Assembly: GCA_964016885.1 (NCBI GenBank)
Contig: OZ024750.1
Coordinates: forward strand, 44,330,001 to 44,394,000
Reading direction: 5' to 3'
Source: Eledone cirrhosa
Taxonomy: Eukaryota
Length of the DNA: 64,000 nucleotides
Shown here: positions 62,001-64,000 of the stretch, piece after piece
Position numbering within the stretch: the stretch's first letter is position 1
Layout: each line of letters begins with the position of its first letter
Program-made: the position numbers and the translations under genes
Notes under the pieces: model-generated
Databases searched by the model: none
The model's input: the letters and a program-made list of their open reading frames with translations, nothing else
What the model was told of the DNA's origin: nothing

Positions 62001-64000
62001 TCCCCTTATAATACAGAAGAAGAGATACATTTGTTGATGAACTGAGCTACATGATAAAAGTACAGACAGATTTACAGACCAAAACATAAACACATTCCCC
62101 TTATTATACAGAAGAAGAGATACATTTGTTGATGAACTGAGCTACAAGATAAAAGCACAGACACATTTACAGACCAAAACATAAACACACTCCCCTTATA
62201 ATACAGAAGAAGAGATACATTTGTTGATGAATTGAGCTACAAGATAAAAGTACAGACACATTTACAGACCAAAACATAAACACACTACCCTTATAATTCA
62301 GAAGAAGAGATACATTTGTTGATGAACTGAGCCACAAGATAAAAATACAGTCCCATTTACAGACCAAAACATAAACACACTCCCCTTATAATACAGAAGA
62401 AGAGATACATTTGTTGATGAATTGAGCTACGAGATAAAAGTACAAAAACGTTTACAGACCAAAATATGAACACACTCCCCTTATGATACAGAAGAAGAGA
62501 TACATTTGTTGATGAACTGAGCTACAAGATAAAAGTACAGACACATTTACAGCCCAAAACATCAACACAATCCCCTTATAATACAGAAGAAGAGATACAA
62601 TGGTTGATAAAATCAGAGTACAGACACATTTACAGACCAAAATATAAACACACTCCCCTTATAATACAGAAGAAGAGATACATTTGTTGATGAACTGAGC
62701 TACAAGATAAAAGTACAGACACATTTACAGACCAAAACATAAACACACTCCCCTGATGATACAGAAGAAGAGATACATTTGTTGATGAACTGAGCTACAA
62801 GATAAAAGCACAGACACATTTACAGACCAAAACATAAACACACTCCCCTTATAATACAGAAGAAGAGATACATTTGTTGATGAATTGAGCTACAAGATAA
62901 TAGAAGAGACACATTTACAGACCAAAACATCAACACACTCCCCTTATAATACAGAAGAAGAGATACATTTGTTGATGAACTGAGCTACAAGATAAAAGTA
63001 CAGACAGATTTACAGACCAAAACATAAACACATTCCCCTTATAATACAGAAGAATAGAGACATTTGTTGATGAACTGAGCTGCAAGATAAAAGTACAGAC
63101 ACATTTACAGCCCAAAACATCAACACACTCCCCTTATAATACAGAAGAAGAAATACATTTGTTGATGAACTGAGCTACAAGATAAAAGTTCGGACACATT
63201 TACAGACCAAAACATAAACACACTACCCTTATAATACAGAAGAAGTGATACATTTGTTGATGTACTGAGCTACAAGATAAAAGTTCGGACACATTTACAG
63301 ACCAAAACATAAACACACTACCCTTATAATTCAGAAGAAGAGATACATTTGTTGATGAACTGAGCCACAATATTAAAATACAGTCCCATTTACAGACCAA
63401 AACATAAACACACTCCCCTTATAATACAGAAGAAGAGATACATTTGTTGATGAACTGAGCTACAAGATAAAAGTACAAAAACGTTTACAGACCAAAATAT
63501 AAACACACTCCCCTTATGATACAGAAGAAGAGATACATTTGTTGATGAACTGAGCTACAAGATAAAAGTACAGACACATTTACAGACCAAAACATAAACA
63601 CACTCCGCTGATGATACAGAAGAAGAGATACATTTGTTGATGAACTGAGCTACAAGATAAAAGTACAGACACATTTACAGACCAAAACATAAACACATTC
63701 CCCTTATAATACAGAAGAATAGATACATTTGTTGATGAACTGAGTTACAAGATAAAAGTACAGACACATTTACAGCCCAAAACATCAACACACTCCCCTT
63801 ATAATACAGAAGAAGAAATACATTTGTTGATGAACTGAGCTACAAGATAAAAGTTCGGACACATTTACACACCAAAACATAAACACACTACCCTTATAAT
63901 ACAGAAGAAGTGATACATTTGTTGATGTACTGAGCTACAAGATAACAGTACAGACACATTTACAGACTAAAACATAAACGCACTCCCCTTATCATACAGA
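41098..64000. repeat. Satellite DNA array, 95-bp monomer (~240 copies, runs off the window end)
   Basis: Consensus ccttataatacagaagaagagatacatttgttgatgaactgagctacaagataaaagtacagacacatttacagaccaaaacataaacacactcc; 92-, 83- and 68-bp deletion variants. Confidence 0.97.

Noticed and set aside
41098-64000. Satellite as a CRISPR array, a hammerhead-containing satellite (TTGATGA motif) or a coding repeat
   Set aside because: No unique spacers or cas genes; the core lacks C3 and a GAAA/stem II partner; the ORFs are short phase artefacts.

Overview
AT-rich, gene-free eukaryotic DNA, most likely from a coleoid cephalopod (Octopus-like; inferred from the SINE families and the extreme (TA)n content). 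No host gene is visible, and almost all ORF-track entries are translated microsatellite or satellite. Positions 1-41 kb are a mosaic of microsatellites colonised by retroelements. (1) A very young Penelope-like element (PLE, Naiad-type RT plus C-terminal GIY-YIG) at 32.9-39.9 kb: a full 3596-bp unit joined head-to-head to a near-identical 5'-truncated inverted copy, with a hammerhead ribozyme (HHR) motif in each pseudo-LTR. (2) Further PLE fragments and non-coding inverted pLTR pairs, several with textbook minimal HHRs. (3) tRNA-derived SINEs and 3' ends of RTE, R4/Dong-like and Tx1/L1-like LINEs. (4) A ~200-bp non-coding family (8 copies), found only in (TA)n, that carries a ~60-bp fold-back apparently rebuilt at each insertion. 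This is the best candidate for an undescribed system, a non-autonomous passenger of the PLE machinery. From 41.1 kb to the end lies a 95-bp satellite array with changing higher-order repeat domains. All alignments, folds and coordinates were done by eye.
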